NCBI GenBank assembly: GCA_043825735.1
Contig: JBDRRP010000071.1
Coordinates: 62,001 to 126,000, forward strand
From: Pseudomonadota bacterium
GTDB taxonomy: Bacteria > Desulfobacterota > Desulfobacteria > Desulfobacterales > JBDRRP01
Direction of reading: 5' to 3'
DNA length: 64,000 nt
Below, piece by piece: positions 19,752-30,100 of the stretch. Position 1 is the first letter of the stretch. Each line of letters begins with the position of its first letter. A program made the position numbers and the translations under genes. Under the pieces are notes generated by a model. It had not been told where the DNA came from. It ran no database searches and saw nothing but the letters and a program-made list of their open reading frames with translations.

Positions 19752-20199
19752 ATGAAACGATATCAGAAGACGAAAATCCTCAAGGATCTCGATAAAAAAA
19801 TGGTATTTATCACCGGCCCACGACAGGTCGGGAAAACTTGGTTGGCCAAGGAAATCGCTGGTGAAATTCCTGGAAGTCTATACCTGAACTATGATCGCGC
19901 TATCCTTGCTAAAGCATGTTTACGCGCTGGTGGACATGACCGGTCAGCGGTATGAACTGAATTGCCTGAGAACCAAAGACAAGGCTGAGGTGGATTTTTG
20001 CATCGTCAAAGATGGCATCCCGGAACTGCTCATCGAAGTAAAACGATCTGATCCCGAACCCAGTAACGCACTGGTGCGTTTTTCAGAGCGCTACAACATT
20101 CCAGGCATCCAGTTGGTTCTATACTTAAAGCGTGAGCGGGAGATCCGCGGGATAGAATTGCGACGGGTTCAAGACTATCTATCCGGTCTGGCAATGTGA
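19752..20199 (+). pseudogene. AAA_14/DUF4143-type ATPase remnant with large internal deletion
   Basis: N-terminal fragment with Walker A GPRQVGKT joined out of frame at ~19890 to a C-terminal fragment with EVDF...LIEVK. Confidence 0.8.
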
Positions 20200-20206
20200 G
20201 GCGCTT

Positions 20207-20716
20207 TCAACCCTCATATTTTTTGACGATCTCCGCCACTCGTCCTCCGATATAGCGCCCCAACGCATCCGCGTCGTCCTGGCTGATGCGGGGGATGCCT
20301 TCGGTGAGGGGGATCAGTTCCTCTTCGTCGATGCCGGTGGTTTTGCCGATGAGAAAGGTCTCCACCTCGGTGTCATCACCCAGGAGCATGCCGCAGCCGC
20401 CGACCCCGCCTAAAAATTCGCCCTTCACAAATACCGGGACCACGATCTTCACCATGCCGGCGTCGCATTCCTCGACGACCGGTTCTTTTGTCTTCTGGGC
20501 CATGGCCGCAATGTTCTGGTGGGCAGATGCGCAGATGAAGGTCTGCCCTTTTGGGTTCCCCTTGATCACGGGGCACAGGCGGTTGACCCATTTCTTGTAG
20601 TCGGTGATGCGGATGCCGTTGGTATCGAACACGCTGGCGTCGATACCGGCGCGGGCGTGAATGCTTTTCTCCAGGGCAACCCAGTCTTCCAGAGGCTGCA
20701 GGTCGGTGAGTTTCAA
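20207..20716 (-). CDS. Stand-alone PocR ligand-binding domain protein
   Basis: 169 aa; Cys pattern LCPVIK..FICAS..EECDAGM..VPVFVKGEFLG..GGCG; TTG start with AGGAG RBS. Confidence 0.75.
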   Translation of the reverse strand: MKLTDLQPLEDWVALEKSIHARAGIDASVFDTNGIRITDYKKWVNRLCPVIKGNPKGQTFICASAHQNIAAMAQKTKEPVVEECDAGMVKIVVPVFVKGEFLGGVGGCGMLLGDDTEVETFLIGKTTGIDEEELIPLTEGIPRISQDDADALGRYIGGRVAEIVKKYEG

Positions 20717-20740
20717 ATTTATCTCCTTTCAGTCGATAAA

Positions 20741-20895
20741 GTTCAAGGGTTCAAGGGGGCGAGGGGTCGAGGGTTCAAGGGAAGAACAAAAACATAACGA
20801 CCGCAGGAATTGCTTTTTTGTGTTCTGTTTGGCTGTTCACTTGGCCCCTTGACCCCTCGGCCCCGTGGACCCTTTCCCTCCAGACCCCTTGGATT
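20741..20895. repeat. Palindromic element of ~8-nt tandem units (GGTTCAAG/GGGTCGAG-like left arm, CCCCTTGA/CCCCTCGG-like right arm)
   Basis: Left arm 20741-20780, AT-rich spacer, complementary right arm ~20841-20895 overlapping the oleD 3' end. Confidence 0.7.
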
Positions 20896-21916
20896 CCGCC
20901 CTTAATCCGTATGGATCATCCTTGAGCCAATGGGCCAGTCGTTCCAGACCCTCGGCGGTGGATACCTTTGGCACGTATCCCAGGTCCCGCTTTGCCGCTG
21001 AGATGTCGAACCAGTGGCTGGTGGCCAGCTCGGAGGCCACGAACCGGGTCATGCGCGGCTCGCCGGGAAGCCGCAGCAGTCGGTAGACGGTTTCCAGGAC
21101 GGCTCCGATGCATTGCGCGGCGACCGCAGAAACGGTTCCGGTGACCGGCGGCAGACCGCCGGCGGCAAGGATGGCGTCGACCATGTCCCACAGGGGGATA
21201 GGCTCGTCCTGGCTGATGAAGTAGACGTTTCCCGAAATTTCCGGGCGGGTCATGAGCGCTTCGGCCGCCAGGATGTGCGCCTCGGCGGCGTTGTCGATAT
21301 AGATGGTGTCCACCCGGTTGGTGCCCTTGCCCACCCGGCGCAGCCGGGCGGCCCGGGCGAGGATCCGGGGGATCAGATGGTTGTCTCCGGGGCCCCAGAT
21401 GAGGTGGGGGCGAAGACTCACCGTCTTGAGATGGTCACCAGCCGCCTCCCGCACCATCCGTTCGGCCGCGGCCTTGCTTTTCGGGTAAGGGGCGTGGAAC
21501 GCGGCCGGGTAGGGGACGGTTTCGTCAACGCCGGCCATGTCGCTGCCGTCGAAGACCACACTGGGGCTGGAGGTGTACACGAGGGTGCGAATGCCGTGAT
21601 GCCGGCAGGCGTCGATGACGTTGGCCGTGCCGGTGACGTTGGTGGTTTCGTATTCCGCCGCATCTCCCCAGACACCGGCCTTGGCTGCCGTGTGAAAGAC
21701 CACGGCCGCGCCGGCCAGGGCGCCGAATACGGCATCGGCGTCGGAGATGTCGCCCAGGATCTGACGAACCCCCAGATCGCTCAAGGCCCGGTGGCGGCGT
21801 CTCGAAAAGCTGCGCACCCGGTGGCCGTCGGCTTTCAGGCGCCGGACGATGGCTTCCCCAAGAAACCCGCCCCCGCCGGTGACCGCCACTTGTACGGGCG
21901 CTCCCCCCAGGTTCAT
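20837..21916 (-). CDS. oleD: OleD 2-alkyl-3-oxoalkanoate reductase (3-beta-HSD-like SDR)
   Basis: TGGGGFLG, HTAAKAGVWG, YTSSPSVV, YPKSK, RPHLIWGPGD; ATGA-coupled to oleC. Confidence 0.88.
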   Translation of the reverse strand: MNLGGAPVQVAVTGGGGFLGEAIVRRLKADGHRVRSFSRRRHRALSDLGVRQILGDISDADAVFGALAGAAVVFHTAAKAGVWGDAAEYETTNVTGTANVIDACRHHGIRTLVYTSSPSVVFDGSDMAGVDETVPYPAAFHAPYPKSKAAAERMVREAAGDHLKTVSLRPHLIWGPGDNHLIPRILARAARLRRVGKGTNRVDTIYIDNAAEAHILAAEALMTRPEISGNVYFISQDEPIPLWDMVDAILAAGGLPPVTGTVSAVAAQCIGAVLETVYRLLRLPGEPRMTRFVASELATSHWFDISAAKRDLGYVPKVSTAEGLERLAHWLKDDPYGLRAESKGSGGKGSTGPRGQGAK

Positions 21917-23601
21917 TTCTCGCCGCCTTTGGTGCCGATTTTGCCTTCGGCCCAGGCGCTCAACTGCTCCCTGAAAATTTTGGAGTTATGACGAATATCC
22001 ACCGGAAATGCCGGGTGAAAGAGCACGTCGCGGATGTTCCGGGTCAGTGGATTGTCCCGGGCCCTGTCTAAAAGTTCGTCGGCTAAAGACTCCTTGTCGA
22101 TCTTGCCGTGCGCCGGATCCACCTCGATGCAGATCACCGGAATCTGGGCCGGCGGCCGGCCGACCCCTACCAGGGCGCTTCGAAACACGGCCGCGTGGTT
22201 GTTGAATACGGCCTCGCAGGGGATGGTGTAGAGGGTCTCGACGGCGGTCTCCACCCGGTGGCTTTTACGTCCGCAGAACCAGACCCTTCCCTTGGTATCG
22301 CGCCATCCGAGATCACCCATCCGATGCCAGAAGCCGCCATCGTCGTCTCGAATCTTGCTCAGGGCGTCGGCCTTGGGGTGGCGGTAATAGCCCCGGGTGA
22401 CGTGCGCGCCGCGGACCACGATTTCACCGATTTCCCCGCCAGGCACGGCCAGATCCTCCGACCACCGGGTGATGGGATCGTCGGTGATGCGGATGATGTC
22501 CACGTCCACACCATCGAGCGCCCGCCCCACGCACATGCCGAACCCCTGCTCGCTTTTTTTTCGGGTTTCGGCAAGGATTTCGCGGCTGCCGATGCTGATG
22601 ATGGGCACCGCCTCGGTGGCGCCGTAGGGGGTGTGCACCTCGGCATCGCCGGAGAGCATGGCGCTGAACTGCTCGATATTGGCCGGGGAGACCGGCGCAC
22701 CGGCCGAGACCACCCGCCGAAGGGAGGGCAGGGCGATGCCGTTTTCCTTGCCGTATTTTCCCACCCGGTTGAGCAGCGCCGGGGAGGCGAACATGTTGGT
22801 GACGCCGTGGTTTCTGATGGGCTCGATGATCTTTTCCGGGTCCACCTGGGCCGGCCGTGTGGGATCCATATCGGGGATCACCGCGGTCATGCCCAGCGCC
22901 GGGTCGAAGAGGGCGAAGAGCGGAAAGGTGGGCAGGTCGATCTCGTCGTCGGCGATCTCAAAATGGGCCTGGATGTGGCGGATCTGGGCGTCGAAATTGC
23001 CATGCGTGTAAATGGTGCCCTTGGCCGGGCCCGTGCTGCCGGTGGTAAACAGGATGGCCGCCATGTCGTCTTTTCGGGTCGGCGCCATGGCAAACGGCTG
23101 CCACTGGGCAGCGCGGATCTGCTTCAGGGTGAGGCCCCCCCAGAACCACCGGCGGCCCACGGTGACCCAGGTGGTCACCGATTTGAAAAACTTGGGGTAA
23201 AGGGTGCGCAGCACGTGAGCCTTGGGGATGCCGATAAACGCCTCGGGCTGGCTTTCGGCAAAGCAGTTCACCATGCGTTTGAGACCCATGCCCGGATCGA
23301 CTACCACCGGCACCGCGCCGGTTTTAAAAAGAGCGAAGGTAATGGCGAAAAAATCAATGCTCGGGGTTACCATGAGAATGGTGCGGGTGCCTTTGCCGAT
23401 CCCCACTGATTTGAGCCCGTGGGCCAGCCGGTCGGATTCTTCATCGAGTTGCGTAAAGGTAAGATGGGTGTAAGGGATCCGGCCGGCGCTGTCCCGGCGA
23501 CCCGGCGCCACCACCGCCCGCTTGAAGGGAAGCCTGGCTACACTGTTTTTAAGATGCACCGCCACGTTGACAATGGCGCCGGTGCTCGGAGTATCGATCA
23601 T
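21913..23601 (-). CDS. oleC: OleC beta-lactone synthetase (AMP-dependent ligase)
   Basis: VVDPGMG, FTTGSTGPAKG, DLPTFPLFALF, TPYGATE, HRMGDLG, FPVDIRHNSKI; start at ATG 23601 assumed. Confidence 0.9.
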   Translation of the reverse strand: MIDTPSTGAIVNVAVHLKNSVARLPFKRAVVAPGRRDSAGRIPYTHLTFTQLDEESDRLAHGLKSVGIGKGTRTILMVTPSIDFFAITFALFKTGAVPVVVDPGMGLKRMVNCFAESQPEAFIGIPKAHVLRTLYPKFFKSVTTWVTVGRRWFWGGLTLKQIRAAQWQPFAMAPTRKDDMAAILFTTGSTGPAKGTIYTHGNFDAQIRHIQAHFEIADDEIDLPTFPLFALFDPALGMTAVIPDMDPTRPAQVDPEKIIEPIRNHGVTNMFASPALLNRVGKYGKENGIALPSLRRVVSAGAPVSPANIEQFSAMLSGDAEVHTPYGATEAVPIISIGSREILAETRKKSEQGFGMCVGRALDGVDVDIIRITDDPITRWSEDLAVPGGEIGEIVVRGAHVTRGYYRHPKADALSKIRDDDGGFWHRMGDLGWRDTKGRVWFCGRKSHRVETAVETLYTIPCEAVFNNHAAVFRSALVGVGRPPAQIPVICIEVDPAHGKIDKESLADELLDRARDNPLTRNIRDVLFHPAFPVDIRHNSKIFREQLSAWAEGKIGTKGGEK

Positions 23602-23723
23602 TGTGAGTTCTTTGTAATGAGTGAACGCGCGCAGGCGTAGATTGAAATTCCAAGCGCGCACCTTATCACCGGTAGGCGTGTCAAGCAAGATCAAGCAGCT
23701 GAGACAGCAGCAGCCGGCTGGAT

Positions 23724-24122
23724 TTACTGCTCGGACACGGACCCCAGGAGCATTTCACCGATATTGGACCGTCCATGGGAGCCCATGACGATAATAGAGG
23801 GCGTCTCCTCTTTTTCCGTATCGAGTATGACCTTCCACGGAAAACCGGTTTTGATGATACTTTTTACCATAAATCCGGCAGCCTCCAGATCTTTGCGTAT
23901 CTCCGCCAGCGACTCCTGCGCATTGGTTTTGGCCTGTTTCAGCCATTTTTCGATGTCCTTGTCCAAAAAAGCATGTCGCATGAGCCCGTCGACAATGCGC
24001 TGATTGATGACGTGCACCAGTACCACTTCCTGGCTGCCCGCTTCCTTGAACTGTTTGATGTAGTCCAGCGCTTTGCCTGCCACATCTGAAAAATCGGTCG
24101 GATACAGAATTTTTTTGAACAT
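23724..24122 (-). pseudogene. Universal stress protein, C-terminally truncated
   Basis: KILYPTDFS...IVMGSHG...LLGSVSEQ then stop; lacks the usual terminal V.R.S..PVLVV strand. Confidence 0.65.
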
Positions 24123-24333
24123 GCCGCAACTCCTTTCAAGGGTGAGGGAAACTTCAGGCCGCCGTTCCTTTGCGCCGTCATGAGAAGCGATGGCCGTCGT
24201 TCGGTTTGTCCACAGTGTGACATCAGCGCTCCGGCTTTCGAAAGGCCAGCAGCCATCCGCCCTGCATCATGACACCGATGGCGCGTTTGGTGTGAAGGGA
24301 GATATAAATACGATGAAAGAGAAGAACGTATCG

Positions 24334-24747
24334 CTACGATCCATGAACCCAGTTACGGACATTCAATCCTGGAATGCGTTTAAACTCCCTTTCGTTGTTG
24401 GTGACCAATATCATACCTTCTGATTTGGCATGGGCAGCAATCCATAAATCATTGTTTCCAATGGGGGTGCCCTTAGACTCCAAAAATGCTCGGATGGCTC
24501 CATATTTTTCCCCAGCATTTTCGGGCAGGGGCAAAACGGGTATCAATGCCGTGAATTCTTCAAGCAACAGTAGTACCTGTTTGCGATGCCGACTTTTTTC
24601 GGCGCCATGAATCAGTTCTCCCCAGGTGATCACCGAAATCGCGGCATCTCCCGGTTTTAACTTATTAAATTGCAGAAGCACCTCTTCCGGTTTCTGCCGG
24701 TGAATGTAGATACAGATGTTGGTGTCGAGTAGATATCGTGAGTGCAT
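24334..24747 (-). CDS. vapC: VapC PIN-domain toxin
   Basis: YLLDTNICI, ELIHGAEKS, IGNNDLWIAAHA, LVTNNEREF. Confidence 0.93.
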   Translation of the reverse strand: MHSRYLLDTNICIYIHRQKPEEVLLQFNKLKPGDAAISVITWGELIHGAEKSRHRKQVLLLLEEFTALIPVLPLPENAGEKYGAIRAFLESKGTPIGNNDLWIAAHAKSEGMILVTNNEREFKRIPGLNVRNWVHGS

Positions 24748-24977
24748 TACAGTCCCTCTCGGTCTTGAGGTGGCGTGTCACCACGGCCATCAGCAAGAAA
24801 ATCCTCGGGAAGATCGGTTAACAATTCAAAAGCCCGGGCTAATCCGCTGGAAGGTTCACGGAGCACGATTTCATCGCCCCGGCGGAAAATTTCAAGTACC
24901 TTGCTTTTAACGGAAAACGCTTTTGGCAACCTGACCGCCTGACTATTTCCTGATTTGAAAACCCGCGTTGTCACCAC
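24747..24977 (-). CDS. vapB: VapB/VagC AbrB-type antitoxin
   Basis: TRVFKSGNSQAVRLPK; AGGAGG RBS before GTG 24977; TAATG coupling to vapC. Confidence 0.9.
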   Translation of the reverse strand: MVTTRVFKSGNSQAVRLPKAFSVKSKVLEIFRRGDEIVLREPSSGLARAFELLTDLPEDFLADGRGDTPPQDREGL

Positions 24978-25050
24978 AATGGCCTCCTTTCTATGGGCTC
25001 GTGTTTCCACGAATTCTTCATTTCGGCGTTTGTATATTTTTGCGCCATAA

Positions 25051-25089
25051 TATAGACAACTATGTATATACTTCTGGCGATGGTGTCAA
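25051..25089 (-). promoter_or_regulatory. Putative vapBC promoter with autoregulatory operator
   Basis: Minus-strand TTGACA (25084-25089) and inverted repeat TATATACA-4nt-TGTCTATA (25051-25070) over the -10 region. Confidence 0.55.
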
Positions 25090-25181
25090 TTATCTCGACG
25101 CTTTGTGATGGCAAAGTAAGTCATAGTGAGCTCTTCACATGGGATTGGACTGTACACGGGTAGGTGCTGTTTCGGAGAAAA

Positions 25182-26084
25182 CTATTCAACCCGATTGCGG
25201 GCAAAGAAATTGCGGATTCGCTGAAGAACGGCCTCGGGCTCATCTTCCAAAATGTAGTGGCCCCCGTCTTTGAAAAGATGCGCCTCGGCATCCGGGAAGC
25301 GCCGGCGCCACTCGTTGTAATAATCCTCGTCAAAGACAAAGTCGTGCTTTCCCCAGCAGATGAGCACGGGGATATGGGCCAGATTACCCAGGTTGTCATC
25401 CACCCGTTTGACGGCCGCGTAGCTGGGGTCGGACGGGTTCACCGGAATGTCCTGGACAAAACGCAGGGTGGCGATCCTGTGGGCAGGGGAGTCGTAGGGT
25501 GTCACCAGGCCCTTTTTTACGGCCGGCGCCAGCGGTTTTCTGGGCGCCATCCACAGGGCGCCCCGGGCGAAGGCGTTGAGCCGGAGCACGGCCGGCTCGG
25601 CAAATCCGGGCAGGTTGCGCAGCATGCGCAGCCGTTGGGGGATGGGTTTACCGCCGGGCGGGAAAAAACCCGCCGTGTTTAGGATCACCAGTCGCGTCAC
25701 CCGGCGCGGATCTCTCAGCGCCCAGGCCATGCCGATCATCCCGCCCCAGTCGTGGACGATGAGGGTGATGTTTTCGGTGATGCCAATGCTTGTCAAAAAG
25801 GTCTCCAGATCGTTCACACGGTCCTGGAGCCGGTAGCCGTAGGACGTTGACGGCGGTTTGTCGGACAGGCCGCAACCGATGTGGTCCGGGGCGATGCAGC
25901 GGCAGGTGCCACTCAGCCCGGCGACCAGACTGCGGTAATAGAACGACCATGTGGGATTGCCGTGGAGCATCACCACGGGCGGGCCCGCGCCTTCGTCCAG
26001 GTAGTGGTAGCGATGGCCGCCTACCGTTGCCCATCGGGAGGCAAAGGGATACAGGCGCCGGGACTCCGGGGGCAGTTTTACCAC
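25182..26084 (-). CDS. oleB: OleB beta-lactone decarboxylase (haloalkane dehalogenase-like alpha/beta hydrolase)
   Basis: HGNPTWSF, DHIGCGLSDKP, HDWGG nucleophile motif, FVQDIP, GHYILED; overlaps oleA stop. Confidence 0.9.
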   Translation of the reverse strand: MVKLPPESRRLYPFASRWATVGGHRYHYLDEGAGPPVVMLHGNPTWSFYYRSLVAGLSGTCRCIAPDHIGCGLSDKPPSTSYGYRLQDRVNDLETFLTSIGITENITLIVHDWGGMIGMAWALRDPRRVTRLVILNTAGFFPPGGKPIPQRLRMLRNLPGFAEPAVLRLNAFARGALWMAPRKPLAPAVKKGLVTPYDSPAHRIATLRFVQDIPVNPSDPSYAAVKRVDDNLGNLAHIPVLICWGKHDFVFDEDYYNEWRRRFPDAEAHLFKDGGHYILEDEPEAVLQRIRNFFARNRVE

Positions 26085-27118
26085 TGGACCCCCAGCAGCA
26101 GGCAGTTGAGGCCGGAGCCGATGCCGAAAAGCCCGACCACGTCGCCGGGGTCGAAAAATCCGCGCTGGTCGGCCACGGCGGCGGTGAGGGGCAATGACAC
26201 CGTGCCGATGTTGCCTAAATTCCGGAAGGTGCTGAAATCACGCTCGATGGGGATGCCGATGGCTTCAAGGACGGTTTTCTGGTGGGTTTCTCCAACCTGG
26301 TGGCAGACAATTTTGTGGGGCGCCTCCGGGGGCAGGGCCAATTCCGCTCTGAATGCCCGGTAGGTTTCTTGGCCAAGGGCCACGCCGTGTTTAAGCACTC
26401 CCACCGAATCGGTGTTCATGATCATGGGGGCTGAGGCGGGAAAGCCCGTGTCCGGGCCCCAGGTGCACAGGCGATGGTGGGCCGTGGCGTTTCTAATGGC
26501 GGCCCCCAGAAGGCGGTGCCCGTCTTTGGCGCGTCCGGCATCGGCAAGGACCACCGCCGCAGCCCCGGATCCGCCGGTGAGGGTCGCCAGGGTCTTGATG
26601 AAGACCTCCATGGTGCCGGCGGCCAGCATTCGCTCGATGGTGAGATCCACGATCTGCCGGGCTGTTTCGCAGGAGACCACGATCCCCGCGCGGATTTGTC
26701 CCAGTTCGATAGCCGAGGCCACCTGGATGATGGCGTTGACCACGCCCAGGCAGGCGTTGGACACGTCATACACCAGGGCGTCACCGGGTACACCGAGACC
26801 ATGGGCCACAGCACAGGCCGTGGCCGGCTCCAGGTTGTCTCGGCAGACGCCGGCGTAGACCAGCATGCCGATGTCGGCCGCGGCGACGGAGGCGTTTTCA
26901 AGGGCGTTTTGCCCGGCGGTGATGGCGCCGTCGCACATTTTATAGCCCAGGTCCCAGTAGCGGCGTTCGGCGATGCCCGTGAGCGCTTCAAGCTGACCGG
27001 GTTTGAGGTGAAGCTTCTTATACAGGGGCGCAAGCCGCTCCTCCAGATCCTGGGATGAGACCACATGGGGCGGCAGGGCATATCCTAATGCATCGATGAC
27101 CGTTTTGTTGAATTTCAT
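26078..27118 (-). CDS. oleA: OleA acyl-CoA:acyl-CoA alkyltransferase (thiolase/FabH fold)
   Basis: TGIAERR, RDNLEPATA (catalytic Glu), DVSNACLG (Cys), HQVG, GNIG, GIGSGLNC. Confidence 0.92.
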   Translation of the reverse strand: MKFNKTVIDALGYALPPHVVSSQDLEERLAPLYKKLHLKPGQLEALTGIAERRYWDLGYKMCDGAITAGQNALENASVAAADIGMLVYAGVCRDNLEPATACAVAHGLGVPGDALVYDVSNACLGVVNAIIQVASAIELGQIRAGIVVSCETARQIVDLTIERMLAAGTMEVFIKTLATLTGGSGAAAVVLADAGRAKDGHRLLGAAIRNATAHHRLCTWGPDTGFPASAPMIMNTDSVGVLKHGVALGQETYRAFRAELALPPEAPHKIVCHQVGETHQKTVLEAIGIPIERDFSTFRNLGNIGTVSLPLTAAVADQRGFFDPGDVVGLFGIGSGLNCLLLGVQW

Positions 27119-27132
27119 TTTAAGATTTCAAA

Positions 27133-27163
27133 CCTTCGTGTCCTTCGTGAACTTCGTGGTTCA
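27133..27163. repeat. Solo half of a CACGAAG-type periodic hairpin element
   Basis: CTTCGTG x3 at 9-nt period ending GGTTCA, nearly identical to the right arm at 55229-55258. Confidence 0.7.
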
Positions 27164-30100
27164 ACTATCAGTTTTTATTGGCACTAACCGAATGCCAAAG
27201 TTGGTCATTTCATAAATACAACGGCCATCACACCAGAGAAACCCGTGGCCATATAGCGTGGGATCGGCTGCTGTGTCAATTGCGGAAACTGCTGATTCAA
27301 CAACGATTTCAGTGTTATTTGGAATCACCTGCCCCCGGTACGCCCACTGGTGGCGGTGGCCGGGAACCATGTCGAAACGGTGAGTGCGGGCCAGCGCCGG
27401 CCATCGGTCTCGGGCCTGAAGGCGCAGTGTCTGCAGAAACGACTCCACCCCCAAAGAGCCGGGGCAGACCGGATCCTGGTAGAAGTGTGCGGCAAAAAAC
27501 CACTCTGCCGGATCTACGGTTTTACGGGCCCTGAGGTATCCCAGCCTGTCCGGGCCGCCGCAGGCATCGGCCACGTCCACGGCGTCGATCATCAGCAGCG
27601 CCTTGCCGGGGAGACAGAGACCGCTCGGGGCATCCACGCGCATGTCTTCGGGCGATACCGGCGCCCGGTGGGCCAGGGGTTTTGCTCCGGCGGTCATCGG
27701 CGTGTCGGTGCGCGCCCCGTCCATGAAGGCCGTCACTTTTTTGAATCCCACCTGATTGGCCAGTGCGGCGGCGGTGAAAAAACCGAAATAGGTGGTGCCC
27801 GTATACACCGGGCCCTCGTCGTCCAAGACCTGGAAGTCGAAATGCTCGATGATCATCTCACCGGCTTCGCTGACCTTGGTCAGGCGGGCCTTCATGGTGA
27901 GCCGGTGCGCTCTGGTAGAAAGGTTGCGATGAAGGGTGGCGTCGCCGCCCAGGTTCCGGAATTTGAGATCGGTAGTGCTTTTTAAGGCTGATCCGCAGTA
28001 TGCGGCCAACCAGCCGCAGGGCTGAAGGGCGATTTCCAGCAGAACACAAAACGGCATCTGGCCGCTGCGCGATGCCCTGAAATACCACGCGTCGCCGCGG
28101 ATGTCGTATTCGGCGGTGATCCAGCCCCCCGGGGCCAGTATCCAGGGCGGCGGCGCCACAGACGTCACCCGGTCCATGAAGAGATAGGGCGGGCCGGGCA
28201 GGCGGGCGATGCGTCGATCGCTGTCGAACACCCGGTAGGGCGCTCCGAACGCTGCCGAGGGGTTGCCCACGCAAAATGCCAGGATGCGCTCATAATCGTA
28301 AAGCGGGAGCCTTTCAGGCGCACCGGCTGACATATCGGCGGAAACGCTACGACGTTGCCAGATCGCCTGGATATCGGCTTTGGCAACGCCGGCCATCCGC
28401 AGGGACATGTCCCGGAACATGACGATATATCGGCCGTCAGCGAACATGTGCGCGTCGGCGATGACATAAGGCTCCGGAGCGTAGCCGATTTCTTTGATGT
28501 CCACGGCGTAGATCACCTGACGGGTTTCCGGCGTCACCGGCCCCCGGCAGCGAAGCGCGGCAGGTCTTCCCACCACCGGTGCGTAATGGGCATCCGGTGC
28601 ATCCGACACCCAGCCCAGGCGCTGAAGGAGCACCCGCAGTGCGTGGGCGCAGCAATCGTACATGAGGGTGCCCGGCATGGTCATGTCGTCCACGAAATGG
28701 CAGGTGAGAAACCAGGCGTCGGGGGCGACGTCGGCTTCGGCTTCGATGCGCCCCAGTCCGTACTGGCCGCCGGCCGGATCGAGCAGACGGATGCGATCGA
28801 TGAGCCGCATGCGGCCGCCGGGCAGCCGAAGGCCCTGGGCAATGGGAACGGCCCGGAACGCCTCCCCGAAGCAGTCTTCCAGCCGACCTGCCCGGAGTGC
28901 GTCAACGGCCTGATCGTCATAGCGTTCCACGTCGGCGGTCGGCACCGGCGGCATCCAGTCCACGCGGGAAATGCCGGCAGCGGGGGCCTTTTCATCTTCG
29001 GTAAGGATGATGCCGCCGGATCGGTGCACTTCCTCGGGGGTGAAAAAACCGGCGCAACCATCGCTCATGGTGATGAGATGGCGCTCTCCGATGTGCCCCT
29101 CGAACCGGAAAAAAAACAGGTAGGTGTCCTGCTGCTTGATGAACTTGTCGATATGGATATCGTAACGGATGATGTCGCCCGGTTGCGGCAGATCCCGGTG
29201 AAAGGTCACCGTGGCGTCCAAAAGACGGTAGCTGCGATGACCCCGGACCCGGTGGTCGATGCCCAGCCAGGCGCACAGAAAAAGATCTGCCTGCCCCGCC
29301 TCCACACTGATGCTCACCGGCGCGCGGCTGCCGTCCAGGTACCAGGCGCCGGGATGAACGTCGTGCTCGGTGACCACCCGTCCGGCCCCGAGTCCGTCTT
29401 TTTCACCTTCAAGGGCCATGATGCGATCCACCAGCATGAGAGGCTCTCCGGGGAGGCGGACCCGGGTGCGATAGCGATCCACGTCGGCAAAATCCGGGCC
29501 CAGAACGCTGGCGGCCGTGCCCACCGCAAAGGAGAGACACTGCTCGCGGGTGCACACCGGCGTCGGGGCTGCCGCTGCCGGTGGCAGGCTCGCCAGCGAA
29601 TTGAGGCCGGTTGCCGCTACGGTCTCCAGGAGCTGTCCCTGAAGTGTCACCGCCGCTGCAAAGGCGTCGGTTACTTGCCGCGAAAAATCGAGAAACTGCT
29701 GATGGGCATCGGCCACAGCCGCGCTGCCGGCAGCCACGGTGTCTGCGGCCATGCGAAAAGTATCCGCCACCGGATGGGACATCGCAGAGGGGGCTTCGTG
29801 AGGTCGGAACAACGTCTGGGGGGCGGTCTCCGGAGACGGCTGTTGTATGGCCGCCGTTTTGGGAATGCCTGCAGCTATCGGCGCGGCGCCGGGGGACTGA
29901 AACGGTATTTTCCCGAGTTTTCGAGTGAAGCCGCGCCGTTTCCCGTGATCGTCATCATCGTCGCGCAAAACCGAGGTCGCTGGCGCTTCGGGGCCAGGCG
30001 CCAGCACCAGATGCATGACGTTGCCGTCCTTGGTGATCGCCGCCACCAGCGCCACCGGCGGCGCGGCGCCAGCGTCCACGTTCGGTGGGAGCGATTCACC

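Noticed and set aside
25182..26084. Haloalkane dehalogenase call for the alpha/beta hydrolase
   Set aside because: Overlap with oleA and presence of oleC and oleD make OleB the better assignment
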